DNA from: an uncultured Candidatus Rokubacteria bacterium
GTDB lineage: Bacteria > Methylomirabilota > Methylomirabilia > Rokubacteriales > DASRDR01
Assembly (NCBI GenBank): GCA_963826115.1
Contig: CAWGVS010000005.1
Span: 192,001 to 256,000 of the forward strand
DNA length: 64,000 nucleotides
Direction of reading: 5' to 3'
The position numbers were made by a program, and so were the translations under genes. Below the pieces are notes generated by a model. It had not been told where the DNA came from, searched no databases, and was given only the letters and a program-made list of their open reading frames with translations. Position 1 is the first letter of the stretch; each line of letters begins with the position of its first letter. Positions 56,173 to 64,000 of this stretch are shown one piece after another.

Positions 56173-56688
56173 ATGGCCGATCCGAGCTGGTCCAAGCACG
56201 TTGCCGACGTGCTGCGCAGGAACGACATCCACATCTTCGCGACGGTGCCGGACTACATCGTGTCGCAGGTGCTGGAGCACCTCTGGGCCGACCGGGACTG
56301 CACCGTCGTGACCGCGACGCGCGAGGAGGAGGCGCTCGGCATCCTGTCGGGCGCCTGGCTCGGCGGCCGGCGCGGCGCCCTCATCATGCAGAACAGCGGC
56401 CTGGGCAACTGCATCAACACGCTCGGCTCGCTGAACGTGGCATCGCAGGTGCCGGTCGTGCTCGTGATCAGCCACCGCGGGGATCTCGGGGAGTTCAACC
56501 CGGCCCAGGTGCCCGTCGGTCAGGCCACCGAGCGCATTCTCGACGCGTTCGGGATCCGGCACGTCATGCCCCGGTCGATCGCCGACCTCGAGGCGCAGGC
56601 GGACGGCCTCGTCAAGCTGGCCTACACGCAGTCGCTCCCGGTCGCCTTCATCCTGCCCGCCGAGCTCACCGGCGGGAAGCTCGGCTGA
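56173..56688 (+). CDS. ThDP decarboxylase alpha subunit (ComD/phosphonopyruvate decarboxylase-like)
   Basis: VPD, TREEEALG, MQNSGLGN, SHRG...Q. Confidence 0.82.
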   Translation: MADPSWSKHVADVLRRNDIHIFATVPDYIVSQVLEHLWADRDCTVVTATREEEALGILSGAWLGGRRGALIMQNSGLGNCINTLGSLNVASQVPVVLVISHRGDLGEFNPAQVPVGQATERILDAFGIRHVMPRSIADLEAQADGLVKLAYTQSLPVAFILPAELTGGKLG

Positions 56689-56696
56689 GCCCGCCG

Positions 56697-57269
56697 ATGG
56701 ACCGCGCCACCGCGACCCGTCTTCTGGTGAGCCGCCTCCGTGACGAGGTGATCGTGTCGAACCTGGGCCAGGCCACCATCGACCTCCAGCACGTGGGCGA
56801 CCGGCTGCTCAACTGCTACACGTTCGGCTCGATGGGGCAGTGCTCGTCCATCGGACTCGGCATCGCGCTCGCGCGCCCCGACACCCGAGTGGTGTGCCTC
56901 GACGGCGACGGCTCGCTCCTGATGAACCTCGGGTCGCTCTGCACGATCGCCACGGTCCGGCCGTCGAACTTCGCGCTCGTCATCTGGGACAACGAGGTCC
57001 ACATGACGACGGGCGGGCAGCCTACGGCCACGTCCCACCGATCGAGCTTCGCCCAGATGGCCCGGGGCGCGGGCATCGAGAAAGTGCTGGAGCCCCGGGA
57101 CGAGGCGGAGCTGGGGCAGGCGTTCGACCGCATCCTCGCCGAGCCCGGCCCGTTCGTCGTGCCCGTCAAGGTGAGTCGCGGCAAGGCCGAGGGCCGCCTC
57201 GACCGGGACGTGCTGGGCTACACGCGGCGGTTCCGCCAGGCGCTCGCCGCCCTCCCATCCAGTCGGTGA
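56697..57269 (+). CDS. ThDP decarboxylase beta subunit (ComE-like)
   Basis: GSMG, DGDGSLLMN, DN...TTGGQPT. Confidence 0.82.
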   Translation: MDRATATRLLVSRLRDEVIVSNLGQATIDLQHVGDRLLNCYTFGSMGQCSSIGLGIALARPDTRVVCLDGDGSLLMNLGSLCTIATVRPSNFALVIWDNEVHMTTGGQPTATSHRSSFAQMARGAGIEKVLEPRDEAELGQAFDRILAEPGPFVVPVKVSRGKAEGRLDRDVLGYTRRFRQALAALPSSR

Positions 57270-57342
57270 CCCGGCGTCCCGGAGCGTCCGAATAGACGCT
57301 GCCGAGCCGGCGGCCGCCGCGTTCCGCCGCGCCCAGCGGCGG

Positions 57343-58554
57343 GTGCTCTTCGCGACCAGCGCCTGCTACCTCGTCTACTACACCGGCCGGCAGAACCTCG
57401 GCTGGGCGGTCCCGGGGATCCGGAGCGAGCTGGGCCTCAGCGCCACCGAGATCGGCTGGATCAGCGGCGCCGGGCTGATCGTGCACGGCGTCTCGCAGGT
57501 GGTGAGCGGGCACTTCGCCGATCGCGCGGGCGGCCGACGCCTCCTCGCGCTCGGCGCCGTGGGCTCCTGCATCCTCAACTGGCTGACGAGCTTCGGCGGC
57601 GGTTTCTGGACGCTGGCGATCCCGTGGGCGCTGAACGGGTGCGCCCAGTCACTGGGCTTCGCGCCGGCGAGCCGACTCATCGCGGCCTGGTGGGCCCCGA
57701 AGGAGCGCGGCTGGGCGTACGGCTTGCTGAACGGCGCGGCCGGCCTCTCCTCGGTGGTCACCTACACGACGGCGGCGCTCGTGGTCGGCTGGCTCTCGTG
57801 GCGGTGGGTGCTGCGCCTGCCGGTGCTCCTGCTCCTCCTCGGCGCGGCCGTGGTCTGGATCTTCGCCCGTGACCGCCCCGAGGACCTGGGCTTCCGGTCC
57901 CCGCCCGACCCGGAGGGGGCTCGCTCGAGGCGAGTGGGTTCCGAGGCGTCGGTGTCGCTGGGCGCCCGTCTCCGCGCCGCCCTACGGAATCGCCCGTTCG
58001 TCCTCGCGTCGCTCGGCTTCGGATTCGCGAACTGGGCGCGGCTCGGCCTCCTGGTCTGGGCACCTTCCTACGTGATGGGCGCCCGGGGCGCGGCCAAGGG
58101 GGAGATCGCTTGGATTCCGCTCGCACTGCCCCTGGGCATGGCGCTCGGCGCCTTCGCCGGCGGCTACGCGGTGGACCGCTTCTTCGCGGGCAACCATCCC
58201 CGCCTGATCGTGCTGTCCCTGCTGGCTGCGGCCGGGGCGACGCTGGGTCTCATGGCGGCGCCGACCGACGCGTGGCGGGTCGTCCTGCTCTTCGTCGTCG
58301 GGTTCCTCATCTTCAGCCCGTTCCCCTCGTTCACCGTGCTGGGGGCGGAGCTCCTGGGCCCGCAGGCTGTCGGCGCCGGTGTGGGTTTCATGAACGGCTT
58401 CGGCTACGGCACCGCGGCCCTCGGCGACGTCGTCACGGGCGCGGTGATCGACGCCACGGGCCGGACGGCCGCGGTCTTCGCGGTGGCAGCCGCGGCGTGC
58501 GTCCTCGGAGCAGGCGCGACGGCGCTGGCCCGGGCGGCCCGGCGGCCGGCCTGA
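57343..58554 (+). CDS. MFS transporter, GlpT/UhpC-like
   Basis: YLVYYTGRQNL, SGHFADR, WWAPKERG; true start probably about 50 nt upstream. Confidence 0.8.
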   Translation: MLFATSACYLVYYTGRQNLGWAVPGIRSELGLSATEIGWISGAGLIVHGVSQVVSGHFADRAGGRRLLALGAVGSCILNWLTSFGGGFWTLAIPWALNGCAQSLGFAPASRLIAAWWAPKERGWAYGLLNGAAGLSSVVTYTTAALVVGWLSWRWVLRLPVLLLLLGAAVVWIFARDRPEDLGFRSPPDPEGARSRRVGSEASVSLGARLRAALRNRPFVLASLGFGFANWARLGLLVWAPSYVMGARGAAKGEIAWIPLALPLGMALGAFAGGYAVDRFFAGNHPRLIVLSLLAAAGATLGLMAAPTDAWRVVLLFVVGFLIFSPFPSFTVLGAELLGPQAVGAGVGFMNGFGYGTAALGDVVTGAVIDATGRTAAVFAVAAAACVLGAGATALARAARRPA

Positions 58555-58650
58555 CGCTCCGAGCGCCCGTGCTACGATACCCGGCGATCGTCGCCCGCGG
58601 GCGGCGCGAGGCCGCCACACTCATTCGAGAACTGCTCACGAGGAGCGCAC

Positions 58651-59232
58651 ATGACCACTCCGGTTGACCCGAACAACGTCATGATGACCGGCGAGAACTC
58701 GTTCGTCCGCCTGAGCCACGACGGCGGCAAGACCCTGGCGGATCGCTGGAGCCACTGGCGCGTCCTCTGGTGTCCCGCGGGGCCGGGCCACGTCCTCCTC
58801 GTCCAGGCCGAGCTGACCGGGGGCCAGGCTCGCCTCTACAGCGACAACATCGCCATGACGCGGTGGCTCCAGCGGGAGATCGAGTCGATCCTGTTCCCGC
58901 CGACGGCGGACGTGGCGATCCCGGTCATCGAGGCGTCCTTCGAGCGGAGCGGCGACCCGCGGGCCGTCGCGACGGAGCGGATCGTCTCCGCCAAGGACGA
59001 GATCGTGATGACCTGGTACGACTTCCACGAGCCCTTCATCCTGAACATGCCGCCGGGATTCGCCAACCGGCCCATCGGCGTGTTCAGCACGTTCTTCCCG
59101 GCCCGGGCGGCCCAGGTGACGCTGAACGGGCAGGTGGCGGCGGGGCAGATCTGGCCCGAGACGCGCGGCGATCGGCAGTCGTCGAGCGCCTGTCTCGCCT
59201 GGTCGGAGTCCTGGGTCAAGCCGAAGGGGTAG
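58651..59232 (+). CDS. Hypothetical protein
   Basis: 193 aa, GAGGAG RBS, high GC3, extended -10-like TGCTACGAT upstream; no family recognised. Confidence 0.75.
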   Translation: MTTPVDPNNVMMTGENSFVRLSHDGGKTLADRWSHWRVLWCPAGPGHVLLVQAELTGGQARLYSDNIAMTRWLQREIESILFPPTADVAIPVIEASFERSGDPRAVATERIVSAKDEIVMTWYDFHEPFILNMPPGFANRPIGVFSTFFPARAAQVTLNGQVAAGQIWPETRGDRQSSSACLAWSESWVKPKG

Positions 59233-59295
59233 CGCTGGGGGTCGCTTTCGGCCGACTACGCCGAGCGAGAGGGGCAGGCGAGGCGGCCGCGCCGG

Positions 59296-60675
59296 CTAGG
59301 CCGTGTCGGGATGGGGGAGGCGGGCCCGGCGGACGCGCACCTGCACGTCGGCCACCACGCCGCGCTCGATGGCGATCTCGACCTCCTGCTCCTCGAGCTC
59401 CCAGTCGCTCACGCTCGACAGCAGCCAGAGGAGCCGGCGCGCGTGTCTCGGCACGACCCGGCGCCCACGGTACACGAGGGTCCGGCGCTCCGGGTCGGCG
59501 AGCCGCTCCTGCTCCTCGAGCGTGTCCTGACCGCACAGCGCGAGGACCTCCTCGTACGTGGTCCGACCCGGAACGATCCGCGCGAGCGTCTCCCGCGAGA
59601 GGAGCGCGCCGCGGGCCCGGCTCACCGCCTCCGCGCTCCGTCCGAAGCGCAGGCGGGCCGACAGCTGGTAGACGAGCCCGCGCGTGAGGCGCTCGATGAG
59701 CGGCCCCGTCACGCGGCCCAGGACGAAGAACGCGAGCGGGATCAGGATCGGGGCCCACGCCTGGAGGCCGGAGGCGTAGCCGAACTGGACGGACAGCGAC
59801 TGCGGTACGGCGCCCTCGGACGTGTCCAGGAAGATGGACACCATCTCGCTGGCGGACGTGCCGTCCGCCGGCTCGCGGGCGGCCGTGCGCGGAAAGATGT
59901 CGTCGATCCGGAGGCGCTTCGGGTCCGCGAAGCGCACGAGGATCTGCGACGGCTCGCTGGCGAGCTGGAGCGCCCGCGTGCGGTTCTCGAGGTACAGGGG
60001 AAAGATCGCCGGGCTCCGCACGTCGTTGAAGCCGAGCGACAGGACGTGCCGCTTTCCCCGGATGAGCTCCTCGAACCAGCTGGCGGGCTTGGGGCGGATC
60101 GCGCCGTCGAGCACGAGGCGGAGCTTCACCAGCCGGGTGCGGTTCACGAGGTCCGGCGTCCACGGGATCCGGACCAGGGACGCGGCTGGCTGGACGCCCA
60201 GCGCTTCCAGGCCCACGTGGCGGAACGACACGAACGGCGCCGCGCCGATCCGGCGGTCGGTTGCCGTCGCCCCGGCGGTCGGATAGAGGTCCTCGACGTA
60301 GAGGGGGAGCTGGCCCTCCCCCGTGACCGTGAAGCCGCGGCTGCGAAGGTACTCGTTCAGCCGACCCTCGCCGCTGCTCCGCGTGTCGCCGCGGAGCTCC
60401 GCCGGCCACAGGAGGAAGAGGTCCTGCTCGAGGCCGAGGGCGCTGCGGGTGGGCGGCACGGCGAGGCTCCAGAGGATGTCCACGGTCACCGGCCCGAGCT
60501 CGGGTCCGACGCTCGCCCGGACGAACACCGGCCCGATCTCGAACTCGGGGTTCGGGCGCGTGGCCATGAAGATCTGGGCGCCGGCCGCGGCCGGGCCCAG
60601 CACGATCGCGGCGAGGAGGAGCAACCGGGCGGCGCCCGGCCCGCCGCGCCCGCGGGCGCGCCTTCGCGTCGTCAT
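59296..60675 (-). CDS. Hypothetical single-pass membrane protein with signal peptide
   Basis: Signal peptide ending AAAGA-Q, TM WAPILIPLAFFVLG, C-terminal RIVPGRTTYEEVLALCG; ATGA overlap with LLM gene. Confidence 0.7.
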   Translation of the reverse strand: MTTRRRARGRGGPGAARLLLLAAIVLGPAAAGAQIFMATRPNPEFEIGPVFVRASVGPELGPVTVDILWSLAVPPTRSALGLEQDLFLLWPAELRGDTRSSGEGRLNEYLRSRGFTVTGEGQLPLYVEDLYPTAGATATDRRIGAAPFVSFRHVGLEALGVQPAASLVRIPWTPDLVNRTRLVKLRLVLDGAIRPKPASWFEELIRGKRHVLSLGFNDVRSPAIFPLYLENRTRALQLASEPSQILVRFADPKRLRIDDIFPRTAAREPADGTSASEMVSIFLDTSEGAVPQSLSVQFGYASGLQAWAPILIPLAFFVLGRVTGPLIERLTRGLVYQLSARLRFGRSAEAVSRARGALLSRETLARIVPGRTTYEEVLALCGQDTLEEQERLADPERRTLVYRGRRVVPRHARRLLWLLSSVSDWELEEQEVEIAIERGVVADVQVRVRRARLPHPDTA

Positions 60676-61580
60676 CCGTCGAGGGCGGGCCGGATCTCGC
60701 GCGCCACCACGTCGATCGTTTCGATGATCGCCGGGTACGTCGTCAGCGAGACGTCGAGCGCGACGTGGGTCACGCCGAGCGCCGCGAACCCGCGGAGCGT
60801 CTCGACGACCTGACGCGTGGTGCCGTGGATCGCGGGGCGGCCCCGGAGGTAGCCCATGTCGGATCCGGGCCGATGGATCTCGTCGAGCCAGAAGGGGATC
60901 CGGAGCGACAGCACCGGCGCGCCCGGGCGTCCGGCCTCGGCCCAGTGACGGCGCACGGCATCCGCTCCCTGGCGGAACGCGTCCGGTGTCGCGGCCGTCG
61001 AGTGCCAGCCATCCCCGTAGCGCGCCACCCGGCGGTACGCGCCGTCGCTCGCGCCGCCGATCCAGATCGGCGGGCGCGGCCGCTGGAGCGGCATCGGCGA
61101 GGCGACCAGGCCGTGGAGCCGGTGGCGCCGCGTCTCGATCTCGGGCTCGCGCTCCGTCCACACCTTGTGGAAGAGCTCGAGCGCCTCGTCGGTCCGGCTG
61201 CCGCGCTCGGTGAAGGGCACGCCCAGCGCCGCGAACTCACCCTCCATCCAGCCCACGCCGGCGCCGAGGATGAGGCGGCCGCCCGAGAGCACGTCGACGC
61301 TCGCCAGGAGCTTCGCGACGGGCAGGGGAGACCGGTAGGGGAGGATGATCACGCTGGCCCCGAGGGCGATCCGCTCGGTGACGCCAGCGAGCCACGGAAG
61401 GACCGCCAAGGGATCGAGCATCTCCTCCCGGTAGATGATGTAGACGTCCTTCGGGACGATGACGTGGTCGGTCACCCAGAGGGAGTCGAGGCCGCGGGCG
61501 TCCGCCCGCTGCGCCACCTGGAGGAGGCGGCCTGTATCGAGCGGGCGGCCAAAGTGGGGAAGGCAGAGCCCGATCTGCAT
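60672..61580 (-). CDS. LLM class (putatively F420-dependent) oxidoreductase
   Basis: DSLWVTDHV, DVLSGGRLILGAGVGW, PPIWIGG, YGDGWH. Confidence 0.88.
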   Translation of the reverse strand: MQIGLCLPHFGRPLDTGRLLQVAQRADARGLDSLWVTDHVIVPKDVYIIYREEMLDPLAVLPWLAGVTERIALGASVIILPYRSPLPVAKLLASVDVLSGGRLILGAGVGWMEGEFAALGVPFTERGSRTDEALELFHKVWTEREPEIETRRHRLHGLVASPMPLQRPRPPIWIGGASDGAYRRVARYGDGWHSTAATPDAFRQGADAVRRHWAEAGRPGAPVLSLRIPFWLDEIHRPGSDMGYLRGRPAIHGTTRQVVETLRGFAALGVTHVALDVSLTTYPAIIETIDVVAREIRPALDG

Positions 61581-61718
61581 GGCGCGTGTCCTCGTGTCGG
61601 GATTCGGAGCCCAGCGCTTGCCGGGCGGCGGCCCCGGCGCCCGCCCAGTATAGCGGCTTCCCGTTGCCTCGCCGCGGACCTGCCGTTACCATGGGGGCTC
61701 GCCAGGAGGAGACGCATC

Positions 61719-62720
61719 ATGGGCGTGCGGGTCGGCATCGTCGGGGTGAGCGGGTACGGCGGGAGCGAGCTCCTGCGGCTGTCGGTCGGGCATCCGGCGT
61801 TCGAGGTCGTCTACGCGAGCGGCGAGACGACCGCCGGCCTGAGGCTCGACCAGCAGTTCCCGGCCCTGGCGGGGCACCCGACCGGCAGCGTCGTCATCAA
61901 GCCGTTCGTGCCCGAGGAGATCCACGGGATCGACGTCCTCTTCGCGTCCCTGCCGACGGGCAAGTCGCGCGAGCCCCTCGCGCGCATCCCGCGCGAGGTG
62001 AAGATCGTCGACGTGGGCGGCGACCACCGCTTCGTGGACGGGTGGACGTACGGGCTCACCGAGCTTCCGGGCACGCGCGCGGCGGTCAGCGGCTCGTCGC
62101 GCGTGGCGGATCCGGGGTGCTATCCGGCGGCGGCCCTGCTCGCGCTGGCGCCGCTCGTCGCCGGTGGCCTCGTCGAGCCGGAGGGCCTCGTCGTGGACGC
62201 CAAGACCGGCGTCAGCGGCGCGGGCCGCGGCGGTGGGACGAGCGCGTTCGGCTACGCCGAGACGAACGAGGACGTGATGGCCTACGGTCTCGTCGAGCAC
62301 CCGCACGTGCCGGAGATGCAGGAGGCCCTCACGCGGCTCGGCGGTCGCCGCGCGACGCTTGCCTTCACGCCGCACCTGGTTCCGATGACCCGCGGGATCC
62401 TCGCGACCTGCTATGCGCGGCCGCGCGGCGCGGCGACGGCCGCGCGTCTCGAGGAGGCGGCCCGGGCCATGTACGCCGACGAGCCGTTCGTGCGGGTCGT
62501 GCCCGTCCAGGGTGGCCGGAGCCCGCGCACGAAGTGGACGACCGGCTCGAACGTGATCTTCGTCTCCTACGCGGTCAACCGGGAGACGGGCCTCGTGGTG
62601 GCCCTCGGCGCGCTCGACAACCTGGGCAAGGGCGCCGCCGGTCAGGCCGTCCAGAACGCGAACCTGATGACGGGACAGCCGGAGACCGCGGGGCTCACGG
62701 GGCTCCCGCTCTGGCCGTAG
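61719..62720 (+). CDS. argC: N-acetyl-gamma-glutamyl-phosphate reductase
   Basis: GVSGYGG, YGLTE, PGCYP, TGVSGAG, HPHVPE, FTPHL, DNLGKGAAGQAVQNAN. Confidence 0.93.
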   Translation: MGVRVGIVGVSGYGGSELLRLSVGHPAFEVVYASGETTAGLRLDQQFPALAGHPTGSVVIKPFVPEEIHGIDVLFASLPTGKSREPLARIPREVKIVDVGGDHRFVDGWTYGLTELPGTRAAVSGSSRVADPGCYPAAALLALAPLVAGGLVEPEGLVVDAKTGVSGAGRGGGTSAFGYAETNEDVMAYGLVEHPHVPEMQEALTRLGGRRATLAFTPHLVPMTRGILATCYARPRGAATAARLEEAARAMYADEPFVRVVPVQGGRSPRTKWTTGSNVIFVSYAVNRETGLVVALGALDNLGKGAAGQAVQNANLMTGQPETAGLTGLPLWP

Positions 62721-62815
62721 AGTCGAGTCTCGACGTCGGACCGGACTGTCGGGCCCGGTGCCTTGACCGCCCGCCGGGCCAGGCTCCACGCGACTTCGGC
62801 GCGAAGGGCTGACCG

Positions 62816-63925
62816 GTGCTGATCGCCGTCACCTTCCTCGGCTCCCTCGCGTGGAGCTTCGTGTTCGTCGCGCTGCCCTTCCAGGTCGAGAAGCTCAGCA
62901 CGTCCGGGCCCGCCGGGACCCTCGCCTGGACTGGCTGGATCCTGGGCGTGGCGTCGCTCGGCGCCGTCGTGACCGGGCCCTTCTGGGCGCGGTACGGCGA
63001 GCGGACCGACCCCAAGGCGGCGTGCGTTCTCATCCAGGCGCTCCAGGGGCTCGGCTTCGTGGCGACCGCGATGGCCCACTCCGTCGCCGAGCTGTTCATC
63101 GCGCGATTGCTGCTCGGAACCGTCGGGTCGTTCTCGACGCTCGCCTTCGTGATCGCCGGGCGCGAGTCGGACGGGACCGTGATGCGCCGCCGCCTCGCGG
63201 CGATCCAGTCCGCGCTCGTCCTCGGTACGCTGGTGGGACCGCTTCCGGGCGCGGTGGCGGCGGCCCGGCTCGGGTTCCGCCTGACCTACCTGATCGGCGC
63301 GCTCGTGCTCGTCATCTCCGCGTCGATGCTCCACTGGGGAATGCCGAGTCCGCCACCGGTTTCGCGGGAGGCCGCGTCGCGTTCGCGCATGCCGGTGCGC
63401 GGGCTGGCGATCATCGCGGCGCTCGTCCTCGTCTCCTCGTCCCAGGAGACGTTCCTCGCCGCGGTGATGCCGAGCCTCCTGCCAGGGCTCGGCGTGGGGC
63501 TGGACGACGTCGTCGAGGCGGGCGGTCTCCTGATCTTCGTCGCGGGCGCCGCCGCGGCCGTCGGCGGCCTGGCGGCCCCCCAGCTGGCCGAGCAGATCTC
63601 GGAGCGACGGCTCCTGATCGGGCTCCTGGTGGCCTCGTCCGTCGCGCTGATCCTGTTCGGCACCACGCGGTCCTTCTGGGCTTTCGCCGTGCTGCGCGGG
63701 CTCCAGTGCCTCGCGATCGCGCCGTTCTTTCCGCTGGTGGTGGCGCAGGTGGCCCGGCGGGCCGACGCCCAGACGATCGGCTTCATCAACGCCGCCCGGG
63801 TCGGCTCCGGCTTCGTCGGCCCGCTCGTGGCGACCACGGTGCTCGCGACCGGGTCCCCGGGACTCCTCTACCTCACCCTCGGGGGGGCGGGCATCGCGAC
63901 CGCGATCCTGCTCCGCCGGGGCTAG
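62816..63925 (+). CDS. MFS transporter (DHA1-like)
   Basis: Many hydrophobic helices, ARLLLG, GPLPG motif C-like. Confidence 0.78.
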   Translation: MLIAVTFLGSLAWSFVFVALPFQVEKLSTSGPAGTLAWTGWILGVASLGAVVTGPFWARYGERTDPKAACVLIQALQGLGFVATAMAHSVAELFIARLLLGTVGSFSTLAFVIAGRESDGTVMRRRLAAIQSALVLGTLVGPLPGAVAAARLGFRLTYLIGALVLVISASMLHWGMPSPPPVSREAASRSRMPVRGLAIIAALVLVSSSQETFLAAVMPSLLPGLGVGLDDVVEAGGLLIFVAGAAAAVGGLAAPQLAEQISERRLLIGLLVASSVALILFGTTRSFWAFAVLRGLQCLAIAPFFPLVVAQVARRADAQTIGFINAARVGSGFVGPLVATTVLATGSPGLLYLTLGGAGIATAILLRRG

Positions 63926-64000
63926 GGCGTCCTAGCCGGCGAGGGCGGGCTTCCGGCCGATCCAGGGACGCGCCGCCTCGATCTGGGCCGCCAGGCGGAA

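Overview
A 64 kb stretch of very GC-rich bacterial chromosome, densely coding, with no rRNA, tRNA, CRISPR array or mobile element that I can see. Gene style suggests Rokubacteria/Methylomirabilota or a similar soil lineage (inference only). Left to right: a TctC/amidohydrolase/LigAB/Mo-hydroxylase catabolic patch; a GalT-like gene; a complete isc operon (iscR-S-U-A-hscB-A-fdx-iscX); a DsrE/F/H-like trio divergent from a second desulfurase-IscU-cysE-dinB unit; a two-ferritin-like + biotin carboxylase operon; an RpoD-type sigma; cinA; a CoA transferase; rbsK; a crotonase; fabH; a type II secretion cluster; ZIP and ABC transporters; aroQ; a membrane-tethered ECF sigma; a carboxyltransferase; cobS/cobC; and assorted enzymes up to argC. 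The main candidate for an undescribed system is at 49.4-53.6 kb. Five tandem 43-52 aa peptide genes, absent from the ORF track, share a YEPPRVERVLTPAEIEREFRYAG-type leader and have variable Ser/Thr-containing tails. They are followed by a PqqD/RRE protein, an HPr-kinase-like kinase and a radical SAM-nucleotidyltransferase fusion, i.e. a putative new multi-precursor RiPP class. Also missed by the ORF track is a 76 aa Rdx/SelW-type selenoprotein (CxxU, in-frame TGA, SECIS-like hairpin) at 25189-25419 (-). All family assignments come from motif recognition by eye, not database searches.
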